From Octopus sinensis (taxonomy: Eukaryota): a DNA stretch of 64,000 bases. The stretch lies in assembly GCF_006345805.1 (NCBI RefSeq), contig NC_043003.1, positions 41,416,001 to 41,480,000 on the forward strand. Direction: 5' to 3'. Below the pieces are notes generated by a model. The model was not told the DNA's origin. It was given only the letters and a program-made list of their open reading frames with translations, and ran no database searches. The position numbers and the translations under genes were made by a program. Positions 25,351 through 38,439 of the stretch are shown here, piece by piece. Within the stretch, counting starts at the first letter, position 1. Every line of letters begins with the position of its first letter.

Positions 25351-28300
25351 ACCCTACATATTAGTCTGGACCCCCTTGGGGTGCGACGGTCACCTAGAGG
25401 CGTGACTATCCCGCCGGGGCCGATCCGTTTGCTTACGGTCCGAGCACCTCCTTGTTCACGGGTCGGACCACGTCGCTGTTTTTACCCGGTGCATAACGCC
25501 ACGCACTCCCGGCGACTGACGGCATCGATCGCGCCTACGTCCACGCGTACGCGGGCGAGAGCGCGAGTTTCGCTCGAGTCCCACTAGAGCCTCGCGGTAG
25601 CGCGGCGGAGCCGATGGCGAAGGCGGTAGAAAGCGGGCGAATGCCCGCCGCAATCGGCCGTTGCCTGCACCGGCCTCACTTTGTCATCTTTCGGGAATTT
25701 ACGGGACGGACCGCGTCGCCGCATCGAACGCCCGCGCACGTCGCGACATCGGTCGCGGCTACGTCCACGCGTACGCGGGCGAGACCGCACGCTCGAGTTC
25801 GTGCTTTCGATTTCACGCACGGTAGGGCGGCGGAGACGCGGGCGACCGGCGCACGCCTTCCGCCGCTACCTCGTGCTAGCCGCAGTTGTCATCTTTCGGG
25901 ATTTTACGGGACGGACCACGTACTCCTATCGAGCGCCGGTATCTCGTGAACGCCTTCCGGCACCGGTGGCGGCTTACGTCCACGCGTACGGGGGTCGAAC
26001 CGCGAGCTTAGGTTCGTTCTTTCGATTTCGGGCACGTCAGGGCGGCGGAGCAACGGGCGACCGTGCTAGCCGCAGTTTGCCATCTTTCGTGTTTTCACGG
26101 GACGCACCACGTCGCCGTATCGACGGCGTGCATCTCGTGAACGCCTTCCGGCATCGGTGGCGGCTACGTCCACGCGTACGGGGGTCGGACCGCGAGCTTA
26201 GCTTCGTTCTTTCGGTTTCGGGCACGTCAGGGCGGCGGAGCAACGGGCGACCGTGCTTGCCGCAGTTTGCCATCTTTCGTGTTTTTACGGGACGGACCGC
26301 GTCGCCGTATCGACGTCGTGCATCTCGTGAACGCCTTCCGGCATCGGTGGCGGCTACGTCCACGCGTCCGTGGGCCGTACCGCGAGCGTGGGTTCGTTCT
26401 TTCGGTTTCGGGCACGGTCGCGCGGCGGAGGAACGGGCGACCGGCGCGGGCCTTCCGCTAACGGCCCCGCGGCTCGCGGACGAACGGGAGAAAGCGAGGC
26501 GGCGCGAAGGCGGCGGCCGTCCGCCGGGCTGACGGCGTCGCAGGCTGACGTCTCTGGCGTCCTGCCGAACGGTCCCCGAGGCATGAAACCTGCCGACTGC
26601 AAGCCCTCAATATAGTCTTGACCCCCTTGGGGTGCGACGGTCACCTAGAGGCGTGACTATCCAGCCGGGGCCGATCCGTTTGCTTACGGTCCGAGCACCT
26701 CCTTAACTCACGGGTCGGACCACGTCGCTGTCTTTACCCGGTGCATGTCGCCACGCACTCCCGGCGAATGACGGCATCGATCGCGCCTACGTCCACGTGT
26801 ACGCGGGCGAGAGCGCGAGTTTCGCTCGAGTCCCACTAGAGCCTCGCGGTAGCGCGGCGGAGCTGCGGGCGAAGGCGGTAGAAGGCGGGCGCATGCCCGC
26901 CACAATCGGCCGTTGCCTGCACCGGCCGCACTTTGTCATCTTTCGGGAATTTACGGGGCGGACCGCGTCGCCGCATCGAACGCCCGCACGTCGCGACATC
27001 GGTCGCGGCTACGTCCACGCGTACGCGGGCGAGACCGCACGCTCAAGTTCGGGCTTTCGATTTCACGCACGGTAGGGCGGCGGAGACGCGGGCGACCGGC
27101 GCACGCCTTCCGCCGCTACCTCGTGCTGGCCGCGGTTTGTCATCTTTCGGGATTTTACGGGACGGACCACGTACTCCTATCGAGCGCCGGTATCTCGTGA
27201 ACGCCTTCCGGCACCGGTGGCGGCTACGTCCACGCGTACGGGGGTCGCACCGCGAGCTTAGGTTCGTTCTTTCGAATTTCGGGCACGTCTGGGCGGCGGA
27301 GCAACGGGCGACCGTGCTAGCCGCAGTTTGCCATCTTTCGTGTTTTCACGGGACGCACCACGTCGCCGTATCGACGGCGTGCATCTCGCGAACGCCTTCC
27401 GGCATCGGTCGCGGCTACGTCCACGCGTACGTGGGCGAGACCGCACGCTCGAGTTCGTTCTTTCGATTTCGGGCACGCTAGGGCGGCGGAGCAACGGGCG
27501 ACCGCGCTAGCCGCAGTTTGCCATCTTTCGGGTTTTTACGGGACGGACCGCGTCGCCGTATCGACGGCGTGCATCTCGTGAACGCCCTTCCGACATCGGT
27601 GGCGGCTACGTCCACGCGTCCGTGGGCCGTACCGCGAGCGTGGGTTCGTTCTTTCGGTTTCGGGTACGGTAGCGCGGCGGAGGAACGGGCGACAGGCGCG
27701 GGCCTGCCGCCAACGGCCCCGCGGCTCGCGGACGAACGGGAGAAAGCGAGGCGGCGCGAAGGCGGCGGCCGCCCGCCGGGCTGGCGGCGTCGCAGGCTGA
27801 CGTCTCTGGCGTCCTGCCGAACGGTCCCCGAGGCATGAAACCTGCCGACTGCAAGCCCTCAATATAGTCTTGACCCCCTCGGGGTGCGACGGTCACCTAG
27901 AGGCGTGACTATCCAGCCGGGGCCGATCCGTTTGCTTACGGTCCGAGCACCTCCATAACTCACGGGTCGGACCACGTCGCTGTTTTTTGCCCGGTGCATA
28001 TCGCCACGCACTCCCGGCGACTGACGGCATCGATCGCGCCTACGTCCACGTGTACGTGGGCGAGAGCGCCAGCTTAGCTCAAGCTCCACTTCGGCCTCGC
28101 GGTAGCGCGGGCGAAGGCGCGGGCGAAGGCCCGCCGCTACCGGCTCCGGCCGCAGTTTGTCATCTTTCGGGAATTTACGAGACGGACCACGTCGCCGTAT
28201 CGAACGCCCGTACCTCGCAACATCGGTCGCGGCTAGGTCCACGCGTACGTGGCCGACACCGCCCGCTTAGTTTCGTGCTTTCGATTCCACGCACGGTTCG

Positions 28301-29060
28301 GCTGTCTTTACCCGGTGCATGTCACCACGCACTCCCGGCGACTGACGGCATCGATCGCGCCTATGTCCACGTGTACGTGGGCGAGAGCGCAAGCTTCGCT
28401 CAAGCCCCCACTTCGGCCTCGCGGTAGCGCGTCGGAGGCGCGGGCGCAGGCCCGCCGCTACCGGCACCGGCCGCAGTTTGTCATCTTTCGGGAATTTACG
28501 AGACGGACCACGTCCCCGTATCGAACGCCTGTACCTCGCAGCATCGGTCGCGGCTAGGTCCGCGCGTACGTGGCCGACACCGCCCGCTTAGTTTCGTGCT
28601 TTCGGTTTCACGCACGGTTCGGCGGCGGAGACGCGGGCGAACGGCGCAGGCCTTGCGCAGGCCTGCCGCTACATAGCGCTAGCCGCAGTTTGTCATCTTT
28701 CGGGACTTTACGGGACGGACCGCGTCGCCGTATCGAGCGCGTGCATCTCGCGAACGCCTTCCGGCATCGGTGGCGGCTACGTCCACGCGTCCGTGGGCCG
28801 CACCGCGAGCTTGGGTTCGTTCTTCCGATTTCGGGAGAACTCTCTCAAGTGAAATCGCCGCTTCGATGCGCGTGGATAACACACGGACACACACACTCGT
28901 GGTCTTCGTCGTAACTCAGACTTACTCCCCGGCAATCGACCGGCCGCATAACTCTTTCGACTCGTGCACTCGACCGAGAACTCTCTCAAGTGAAATCGCC
29001 GCTTCGATGCGCGTGGATAACACACGGACACACACACTCGTGGTCTTCGTCGTAGTAACT
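25351..29060 (-). repeat. rDNA intergenic spacer: ~1251-bp higher-order repeats (two complete, one partial) built of ~190-bp subrepeats
   Basis: Anchor tagtct.gacccc..ggggtgcgacggtcacctagaggcgtgactatcc at 25362, 26613 and 27865. Subrepeat tttg.catctttcg.g..ttt.acgggacggacc. Contiguous with rRNA sequence. Confidence 0.75.
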
Positions 29061-29061
29061 C

Positions 29062-29295
29062 AGCTCTGCTTATCGCTAGACAGTAGTAGATAGGGATAGC
29101 GGCAACATCCTCGTCGCCTTCGATCCGTTCACCTGAAGAGAGTCCAAGTTACTCCCGCCGTTTACCCGCGCTCGATACCGAGAACTTCTTCAAGCCCGTA
29201 CCCTCGGCTCTGCATTCGCTAGACAGTAGATAGGGACACGCTACTCGCCTTCGATCCGTTCACGCGGCGCCTCGACAATCGGACGACGATGCCCA
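29062..29295 (-). pseudogene. Scrambled 28S rRNA fragments around the R2 target region
   Basis: tcgctagacagtagataggga (twice), acctgaagagagtccaagttactcccgccgtttacccgcgct and aagcccgtaccctcggct match the reverse complement of conserved 28S sequence, in permuted order. Confidence 0.8.
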
Positions 29296-29392
29296 GAAGT
29301 CGCCGCTTCGACAACAGGCAGTCGCGGTGTTCCACTGAGAGGTCGTACGTCGCTCCGCGAGACCGGGGACCGACCCGGACGCCGACGAGCGA

Positions 29393-29506
29393 TCGGGTTC
29401 GGTCGTCTTCTCCTGGCCATCAGAGAACGCGCCGACGACGGCGCAAAACGCCGCCGCGCGTAAGCGGACTCGTCGGCCAGATCCGAGGACCTCACCGGAC
29501 CGTTCG

Positions 29507-29549
<43 letters not shown>

Positions 29550-30250
29550 GATCGACGCGGGCTGATGACCCGCGCCTAACCGGGAATTCCTCGTTCACGG
29601 GGTTGGTTCCAGGCCCCGATCCCTATCACGGGAGGTGGTTCAGAGGTTTCCCGACCCTCTCGGGCCGGGGGAGACGCGCCCGCTGATACCTCCAGTGTAG
29701 CGCGCGTGCGGCCCCGGACATCTAAGGGCATCACACCTGTTATCGCTCCGCCTCGTGCGGCTTTCTGCCGCCCGTCCCTCTAAGAAGCGCTGCGTTCGCC
29801 AACCGACTGGCCCGGACGCGACGCGTGCCGCCGCCGGGCTCGCGCGCGGCCGAGCCGACCGGGTCACCGCCGCCGCTCCGCAACCGACGCCGCAACCACG
29901 CCGCGACCGAACCCCCGCGAACGGGGGACGGCAGCCGGACGCGGCCGCAGCGCCGGACGCGGCCGCAGCGCCGGACGCGAAGGAGAGCGGCGGCAACGGC
30001 AAGCCCGGGCCGCGCGCGGAGCTACCGACGACGGCTTCGGCCCCGCCGCGCTACCGGAAAAGCACTAATCGACGCGCTAGTTAGCAGGCCGGAGTCTCGT
30101 TCGTTATCGGAATCAACCAGACGGATCGCTCCACCAACTAAGAACGGCCATGCACCACCACCCACCGAATCGAGAAAGAGCTATCGATCTGTCAATCCTA
30201 CCGGTGTCCGGACCGGGTGAGTTTTCCCGTGTTGAGTCAAATTAAGCCGC

Positions 30251-30296
<46 letters not shown>

Positions 30297-31376
30297 TGTT
30301 TTGCAACCATACTCCCCCCGGAACCGACTATGGTTCCCGCGCAGGCTCCCCGCCGGGTCATCGAAGCGAACGCCGGCGGAGCGCCAGTCGGCATCGTTTA
30401 CGGTCGGAACTACGACGGGGTATCTGATCGTCTTCGAACCTCCGACTTTCGCTCTTGATCGAGGAAAACGTGCTTGCCACACGCCGTCGCTGCAGTGCGT
30501 CTTGCGACGATCCAAGAATTTCACCTCTAACGTCGCAATACGAGTGGCCCCGATCGCTCCCTTCGATCATTGCCTCGTCGTGAACGGAGACCGACGGATG
30601 ACGCGCGGACGAGGCCATTTTCCATCATTCCATGCTTTTCGTATGCAAGCCGGCGGGGCTCGCTCTGAGCACTCTAATTTTTTCACAGTGAACGTACCGG
30701 CCGCCTCGGACACTCGGCGAAGAGCACCCTCGGAGGAACCGTGCGGGCCGAAACGACCGGGAGGTGGACGCGCTACTACCGCTAGAACGCGAACGGCGAC
30801 GACGTCCAATAGCGCACCCGCCTCGTGGCTCCCGCCGCGCAGCACGCCTGACCGACCCGCGCCGTTGAAGGCGCAGGCGTGAAACCGGACGCGACGCGGG
30901 CGAAGACGAGCGCTGGACGGGGTGCCGAGGCGCGGCGGCGACGCGAGCAGAGCTCCGCGGCCCGACCGCGCACGCACCGGCGAATAGGGCCGGGAGTGCG
31001 AACGGACGACCGAAGCGGACGCGCCAGAAGCGCGCCTGCGACGGCGCCGTCGCCCCGAACGTGCTGGGGCACGTTTTCGAGACCCGAATTCCGACTACGA
31101 GCTTTTCAAACGCAACAATTTTAATATACGCTACCGGAGCTGGAATTACCGCGGCTGCTGGCACCAGACTGCCCTCCGGTCGATCCTCGTTAACGGATTT
31201 GAAGTGTACTCATTCCGATCGCGGGGCTCGACAGAGTCCCGCGTCGTTATTTTTCGTCACTACCTCCCCGTGCGGGAGTGGGTAATTTGCGCGCCTGCTG
31301 CCTTCCTTGGATGTGGTCCGTTTCGCATGCCCTCTCCGGAATCGAACCCTGATTCCCCGTTACCCGTTGCCACCAC
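29393..31376 (-). rRNA. Partial 18S rRNA (both ends missing), probably a pseudogene/orphon
   Basis: Universal motifs in reverse: gacgggcggtgtgtacaaagggcagggacg, ccgtcaattcctttaagtttc, attaccgcggctgctggcacc, ctgctgccttccttggatg. GC-rich V4 and V7 expansions; small deletions in conserved motifs. Confidence 0.95.
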
Positions 31377-31382
31377 AGAATC

Positions 31383-31505
31383 GCAGAATCGTTAGCACTC
31401 CGAGCAAAAAGCCTAGCAGCATTTTGTCCACCGTTCCGATCTAAATTCAAATTCCACCGAGGTCGACTTTGCCTTTCGTCATTCCGAGGTCGATTAGATA
31501 CCAGT
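31383..31505 (+). mobile_element. SINE family B, 5' end clipped by the rDNA junction
   Basis: gcagaatcgttagcac...ttcaaattccaccgaggtcgactttgcctttc, matching 41972 onward. Confidence 0.75.
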
Positions 31506-31659
31506 GTGTGGTTATGTGGTAAGAAGCTTGCTTCCTAACCACCAAGTTTCGGGTTCAGTCCTATTGCGTGATACCTTAGGTAAGTGCTTTATACTGTGGC
31601 TTCGGGTTGGCAAAAAGCCTTGTGACTCGATCTGGTAGATTAAAACTGATAGAAGGCTG

Positions 31660-31664
<5 letters not shown>
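31506..31664 (+). mobile_element. SINE family A, 5' half
   Basis: gtggttatgtggtaagaagcttgcttcctaaccacc..gggttcagtcc. Confidence 0.8.
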
Positions 31665-31708
<44 letters not shown>

Positions 31709-31802
31709 TACAAACAGACGTTTATGTTTGTATAAAAGAAATGTGTGTATATATATATATATATATAATTAATCCAAACAAGAAAGCACAAAAAAACACA
31801 AC

Positions 31803-31834
<32 letters not shown>

Positions 31835-31909
31835 ATACATACATATATACATACATACATATATACATATATATATATATAATCTTTTATCATAAATACA
31901 TATACCTTT

Positions 31910-32045
31910 AGGTGCAGACGTGCCCGTGTAGTAAGAAGCTCACTTCCCAATTATATGGATCTCGGTTCCCACTGCGTGGGACCTTGAGGGGGTGTCTTCT
32001 ACTATAGCCTCGGGTTGTCCAAAGCCTTGTGAAAGAAGCCCGTCA
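31910..32045 (+). mobile_element. SINE family A, 5' half
   Basis: ggtgcagacgtg..gtaagaagctc..cccactgcgtgg.accttg..gtgtcttctactatagcctcggg. Confidence 0.75.
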
Positions 32046-32051
32046 TAAATA

Positions 32052-32862
32052 TACATGATGAGATGGGCAAATTGTCACCATTTCATATTTTTTATTTAGC
32101 GCATGCGCATTATTTGTTTTTGATGTTGTTGACCACACCGTCTCTGAGGAAAACAGCACCATGATGCAATTCACTCATCAAGAAATATAGAAACAAACAT
32201 TTTGCACTGCTTGGCATTCGCACTGGAAGCTCCAATCCGAACATTTCAGAGCGTTTTTGTGTCAATGTGAAAACAGTCAAATCGAGGACATGTAGCGAGA
32301 GTGAGAAGAAACAAACACCCAGTCAAATCATGGTGTTTATAGTGATCACCATCCATCTTCACACACGGCCTCAGTCTGAACATGGAGACCTACACCAAGT
32401 GACTGGAGAATATAGTGCTGCCCTGGGTCATGCCTGCTGGAAAACCCTATGTCGATCAACAGGTCTCTGCACCATGTTACACAAGCAGAAATCAGTCATA
32501 GCTGTCAGACAATTTTGCCACTACGTTACTCCTAACCTCTGGCCATCTAACTGCCCAGAATCCAACCCCTTTGTGTAGAGTGATGTTGAACGAGAGATCA
32601 ACAAAATTCCTTCGATCACAAAAGATGAAGTGAAGGCAAGGACTATGGTAGCATTCACGAACTTATATAACAAGGGAACCGCCCAGAAGAGTTGCAGGAG
32701 ATTCTGAAGTTTTCTGAAAGTTGCGTTTAAAGACAATCGCGATTTTATTGAATAAATTCATTCTTTAGTATTTCTAGATACTTTTATGTAATTTTTTGTA
32801 AATATATCTGTTAAAATGAGATGTCAGTGTTATTTTCTTTTTGCGTAATTTACACGAGAGTT
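32052..32862 (+). mobile_element. Deleted Tc1/mariner-superfamily (maT/DD37D-like) transposon relic
   Basis: Across frameshifts: PYVDQQVSAPCYTS (QQDSAP), NLWPSNCPESNP (WPPNSPDxNP), VEREINK..DEVKAR..CRRF..DFIE. Confidence 0.7.
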
Positions 32863-32908
32863 ATTCAATACTTCTTGTGTTTGTGTGTGTGTGTAGGTGT
32901 ATATATAT

Positions 32909-32958
<50 letters not shown>

Positions 32959-34035
32959 CAATTGTCCAAATATAATGAAAATTGGATGCTTTAACGATAA
33001 TATTGCTCATATTGGTGGCGTTAGCAGCAAAATGCTGCTGGAAATAATGAGTGAATGTAAATGACGATGGCGAAAGCAAACACGACACCCGTTGTTGGCT
33101 TGAATGTGAATATACAAACGACACAGAGACCGTACAACTGGATGAGAGCACAGGGCATGTGTACAAGGAAACCAATGGAAAATGGTGTCATATAGGATTT
33201 GAGATGGAAAGTGAAGAGATGGAGTGCTGGAGCGAAGGATAGGAGGTGGTGTGGAATACGATGCACCCGGTGTTGAAGGAAAGGCGGAAGTGAGAATCCT
33301 AGAGAAACATGACTGAACAGGTCAGTGCTCAAGCGAAAACAGAAAGGTGAAAGAGGTAATGGGATGGTTTCATGGTGCCAAACTGGGAGGGGAAAGAAAG
33401 AAAACAGGTTGTTGAAGGGCAAAAAAAACTGAGGCAAAGATGGAAGCAAAGTTAAGGGAGAAAGTGGGTAGATAAAAAGAAAGAAAAGCAGAACAAGATA
33501 GAAGTGATAGTGGAGAAAAAGAAAAGTAATAAAGGAGGGGTGCACAGAACAAGACAGAAGGAGGGAGATTAGTGAAGTGAAAAGAATAGGCAGACAACGC
33601 AACAGAGAGGAAAGGTGGTGAGACTTGGTATATGTAATCCTAAAAAAGTTTGTTCTGCGTAAATCTGCAAATAGAGAATAAACAGTATTTAGTGCATAAT
33701 TAATTATAGAAATTTTTGTATGCATTTTAGCTATTTATCTCTTTAACTATTTCAATGTCAAAGACCGCTGTAGCATAGAATTCTATTTATTTTCCTCTCG
33801 AAAATGAAGAATCTCAAAGATAATGACAATGGGATTAAATTATCAGAGAAAAGAAAATGAAGATAAAATAAGCACTAACAAACGCAGGAACAGAGCAGTA
33901 AAAAGAGGCGGCCATATTGCACAGGAAATAGAAATATGAATGAAGAGGGAAGGGTGGAGTAGTCTTTTAAGTAGAACCACAAGAATTAAGAAGGAAAAAG
34001 CAAAACGTTAAGTGGACTAACACAACAACTAATCT

Positions 34036-34083
<48 letters not shown>

Positions 34084-34399
34084 CGTAGCTGACTTGCTGT
34101 TACATACACTACTGATAGTAGTAGTAGTAGCCGCAGCAGTAGTAGTGGTACTGGTAGTAGTAGTAGTAAGAGGGGTAGGAGGAGGAAGAATATTATTGAA
34201 TTCTAACACAATAATAAAGTTCTAACACATTGATAATGCTAATGATATTGACTATGATGATGATGGTGAGGCTGATTTTGGTGATGATGATGACAATAAC
34301 ACAAACGATTATGGTGGCTGTAGAGCAGTCGTGATGACGATAGTGATAATGATATGATGACTAAAAAGAGATAAAATTATAATGTGACATAGAAGGAAA

Positions 34400-34675
<276 letters not shown>

Positions 34676-34955
34676 AGGATTTTAAAAAATAAAGGAAAGC
34701 AATTACAATAACAACAACGAGCGAAGAAAAACACAGTAAACAAATATGATGAAAACGATAGCCGAGATAAAGAACAAGAAAGGAATGATCGAAGAAAAAT
34801 AAAGATGGCGTTAAAAAAATTGGGAAAAGAACAAACGAACAATTTTCGGAAAATTATAAGTTTGAAGAGATAAAGTGCGTGTGTGTGTGTGTGTATGTGA
34901 GGGGGGTGTGTGTGCGTATGCAAGGATCTCTGTATGCAAGACAGTGTGGGTTTGT

Positions 34956-34994
<39 letters not shown>

Positions 34995-35062
34995 AATGCG
35001 ATAAGAGATAGTTGCAGCTACTATTATAATTGGACGTAAAAGTTAATTGAAATGATGACAGC

Positions 35063-35098
35063 TATCCATCCATCTCTCCATCCATCCATCTATCTATC

Positions 35099-35165
<67 letters not shown>

Positions 35166-35206
35166 ATCTATCTATATCTATCTATCTATATCTATCTATC
35201 TATCTG

Positions 35207-35239
<33 letters not shown>

Positions 35240-35255
35240 ATCTATCTATCTATCC

Positions 35256-35317
<62 letters not shown>

Positions 35318-35332
35318 ATCTATCTATCTATC

Positions 35333-35400
<68 letters not shown>

Positions 35401-35415
35401 ATCTATCTATCTATC

Positions 35416-35446
<31 letters not shown>

Positions 35447-35570
35447 ATCTATCTATCTATCTATCTATCTATATTTATCTATATCTATCTATCTATCTCT
35501 ATCTATCTATCTATCTAACTAGCTGTCTGTCTGTCTTAACTCTATCTATCTATCTACCTATCTATCTGTC
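35063..35570. repeat. (TATC)n tetranucleotide array
   Basis: Directly visible. Confidence 0.95.
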
Positions 35571-35678
35571 TGTCTTATGTTATATATACATATATGTGTG
35601 TGTGCATAAATGTCTATGCAATTATATGATATATATAAATATGAATATATATATATATACGCACACATGTATGCATGT

Positions 35679-35717
<39 letters not shown>

Positions 35718-36740
35718 CATACACATATATATCTATACTTACACACAAACACACATGTCTATACACGAACTCGTGTGCGTATGTGCGTGTGCCTATCGCT
35801 TAATCTTTGGAAAAGGATAAACGATTCAGATAAGCGACGAGAAAGGAAAGCATTTAGGCAAGCTAGAAACGAACTGTATATAGGGATTACAAGGAGTAGT
35901 GTTGATGTAACTGATGAGTTCTAATGCATTAGGGATATTGATGGCTTTGAGTGCTTATGGGGCTTGTAGTGGTAGTGCCGAGAGCAAAAAAAAAATTGCA
36001 TTCTAATTCTAATTATATATTTTTCACTTTAAACGGTGATTTGTCAAGCTAAAGGATAAAGGGATGAAGATGAGAAAGGAACGGTATAATAATGAGTAGG
36101 TATAGGAAGACACGGGTCACGAGGACAAGGAGTTGTTGAGCGTAAATGCCTTCTGAGATTCGTGTGTGCTTGCGTGTGTGTGTGCGTAAGTGTGTATGTA
36201 CGTGTGTGCGCGCGAAATTCGTGGTTTTGTGCTTGTATAAGAAATTATAAAGATTATGCTGAGATAGAAAGGTAGTAAGAAAGCTAGAAAGAAAGAGAGA
36301 TAGAAAGGTAGTAAGTAAAGAGAATTAGAGAAAATGATCCATACGTGATGAAAAAAAATGGATTTCAGCAAAATAGACACGCACTTACACATAGACGCGA
36401 ACCACACGTACGTGCAAAGATGTACAAGTTGTAAGAAAGTATAGTGACTGTGAAAGGGTGAGAGAAAGCATCTGTCTATCTACCTCGCTATACATACTTA
36501 CATACATAGACATATATGCACATATATACTTCAACCTCCGCAAAAAATCTCAAATTTCATTTAATTTGCTTTGCGGGAAGGAATGTTTCAACTAAGTTAC
36601 ATCTTGTCCTTACCTTCGGAAACGTGGAAGAGATGAAACAGGGACAACTGAAGAAGGAGAATATTCTTTATGTCGTATGTCTTGTTTCTCTGTTGTTTGT
36701 TTTTTTTCGTTGTTCGAAAAAAGTTCGTTTCTATGTTTTT

Positions 36741-36845
<105 letters not shown>

Positions 36846-37399
36846 ATATATATAAATAGGTATATATTATATATATATATATATATGTACGTATGTATGT
36901 ATGTATGTATGTATGTATGTATGTATATATACACCATCATCAACGACAAGCGGTGTTTAGGCATATGTGAAAATTAGATGAGTTGAAATATGCTTGTGAT
37001 ATATATATATATTACCAGTTGATATATTTCAACTGCTAAAGGCGAATGAACTGCAGTTACTGTGGGGCAAAACTTCTTTCTTATGTTCAAAATGTGTAAA
37101 AGCACCACGTCTGTCCATGCCTAACGCACTTTTCATTGAAATACATACATACACACACACACACACATGCATATATACATATATACATACATACATACAT
37201 ACATACATACATACATACATACATACATACATACATAAATACACACATATACATATACACATATATGTATGGATTTGCGGTTATTGAGCTGTCTTGATTC
37301 TTATTCCTAGTGATACTGTTGCCAATTAGTGACCTTGTTCACTTTAGTGATGTACATATTTCTACTTTTAGCTTGTAAATTTGCAAATTAGCTATCCGG

Positions 37400-37862
37400 C
37401 CCAGAGAACCAGGTGTCATCATTCCACTTTTCTCCTTCTTTGTACGGCCACACCTCGAATACTGCTGCTCCCTGTGGTCTCCCTATTCAAGACAAATCAT
37501 CTCGAAAATTGAATCACCCCAGAAGGCATTCACAAAACGAATTAAGGGCATGGCTGATCTCGATTACTGGGACTGCCTTAAAGCCTTGAAACTCTACTCT
37601 CTCTAGCGTCGCCGTGAGCGGTTCATCATTTGCACGATGTGGAGAATATACCGCCACCATTGACCAAACGAATTGAACATTAGCCTCAAGGTTCATCCAA
37701 GGCTGAGACCACGGGTCATATGTCCCCTGAACAATTCAGGACCACAATATATAGGTACACTGTAACATAATTCCTTTTCTTCAACAGGCCCAGCCCTGTT
37801 TAATATTGTCCCCAAAATGATCAAAGAGGAAAATAATCCCATCACCTTTAAACGGAGTCTGG
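37400..37862 (+). mobile_element. CR1-clade LINE ORF2 C-terminal fragment
   Basis: FVRPHLEYCCSLWSPY...DYWDCLKALKLYSL*RRRERFIICTMW...NSFSSTGPALFNIVP. Confidence 0.85.
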
Positions 37863-38439
37863 GCACGGTGTGTATTTTTGTATATGTGCAGCCATTATTG
37901 TATATAAATCAGCAGACTTGTCGAAAATAATTTCTGAGACCTAGACAGCGAAAAATACTAAAATAATTTAAAGCAATGTAAGGAAGCGTAGTTAAATAGA
38001 TGTGTTAGGATACTATCCAAGGAAATGAAAAACAAAACAATAGCAGGAGGAAATTGATCAGTACATTAGTACAAATGTATACAGGTATACTTTACACTCA
38101 ATTTGCCTCATTGCGTATATGTAAGCACAGACGAGCACACATGCACACATACATACATATATACATACATACATACATACACACATATACATATACATAT
38201 ACATATATATGTATGTATGTATTTCTACTTTTAGCTTGTAAATTTGCAAATTAGCTATCCGGGCCAGAGAACCAGGAGGCACGCAGACATATATCTACAT
38301 GTATATATAATTAAATGTGTAACATGCGTACATGATATATACATATATACATATACGTATATAACGGTGTTTGTGTGTTTCTTAAATGGCTTATAAACAC
38401 CTTCCACGCTGCAATTGTTAAAATTATCTAAACTTAGAA

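Noticed and set aside
25362-28830. Regularly spaced repeats resembling a CRISPR array or a bacterial contaminant
   Set aside because: Intervening sequence is itself repeated, there are no cas genes, and the block is contiguous with eukaryotic 18S/28S.
28835-29060. Possible 5.8S rRNA
   Set aside because: No 5.8S hallmark motifs (GGATCACTCGGCTC, GATGAAGA.CGCAGC) on either strand.
24841-31450. Dense overlapping R/A/P/G-rich ORFs up to 283 aa
   Set aside because: Stop-poor frames in GC-rich rDNA spacer and 18S sequence.
32965-33400. Possible very old RTE-like 3' fragment (GHV..., LRW motifs) or exon
   Set aside because: Motifs are too weak and scattered over frames to support a call.
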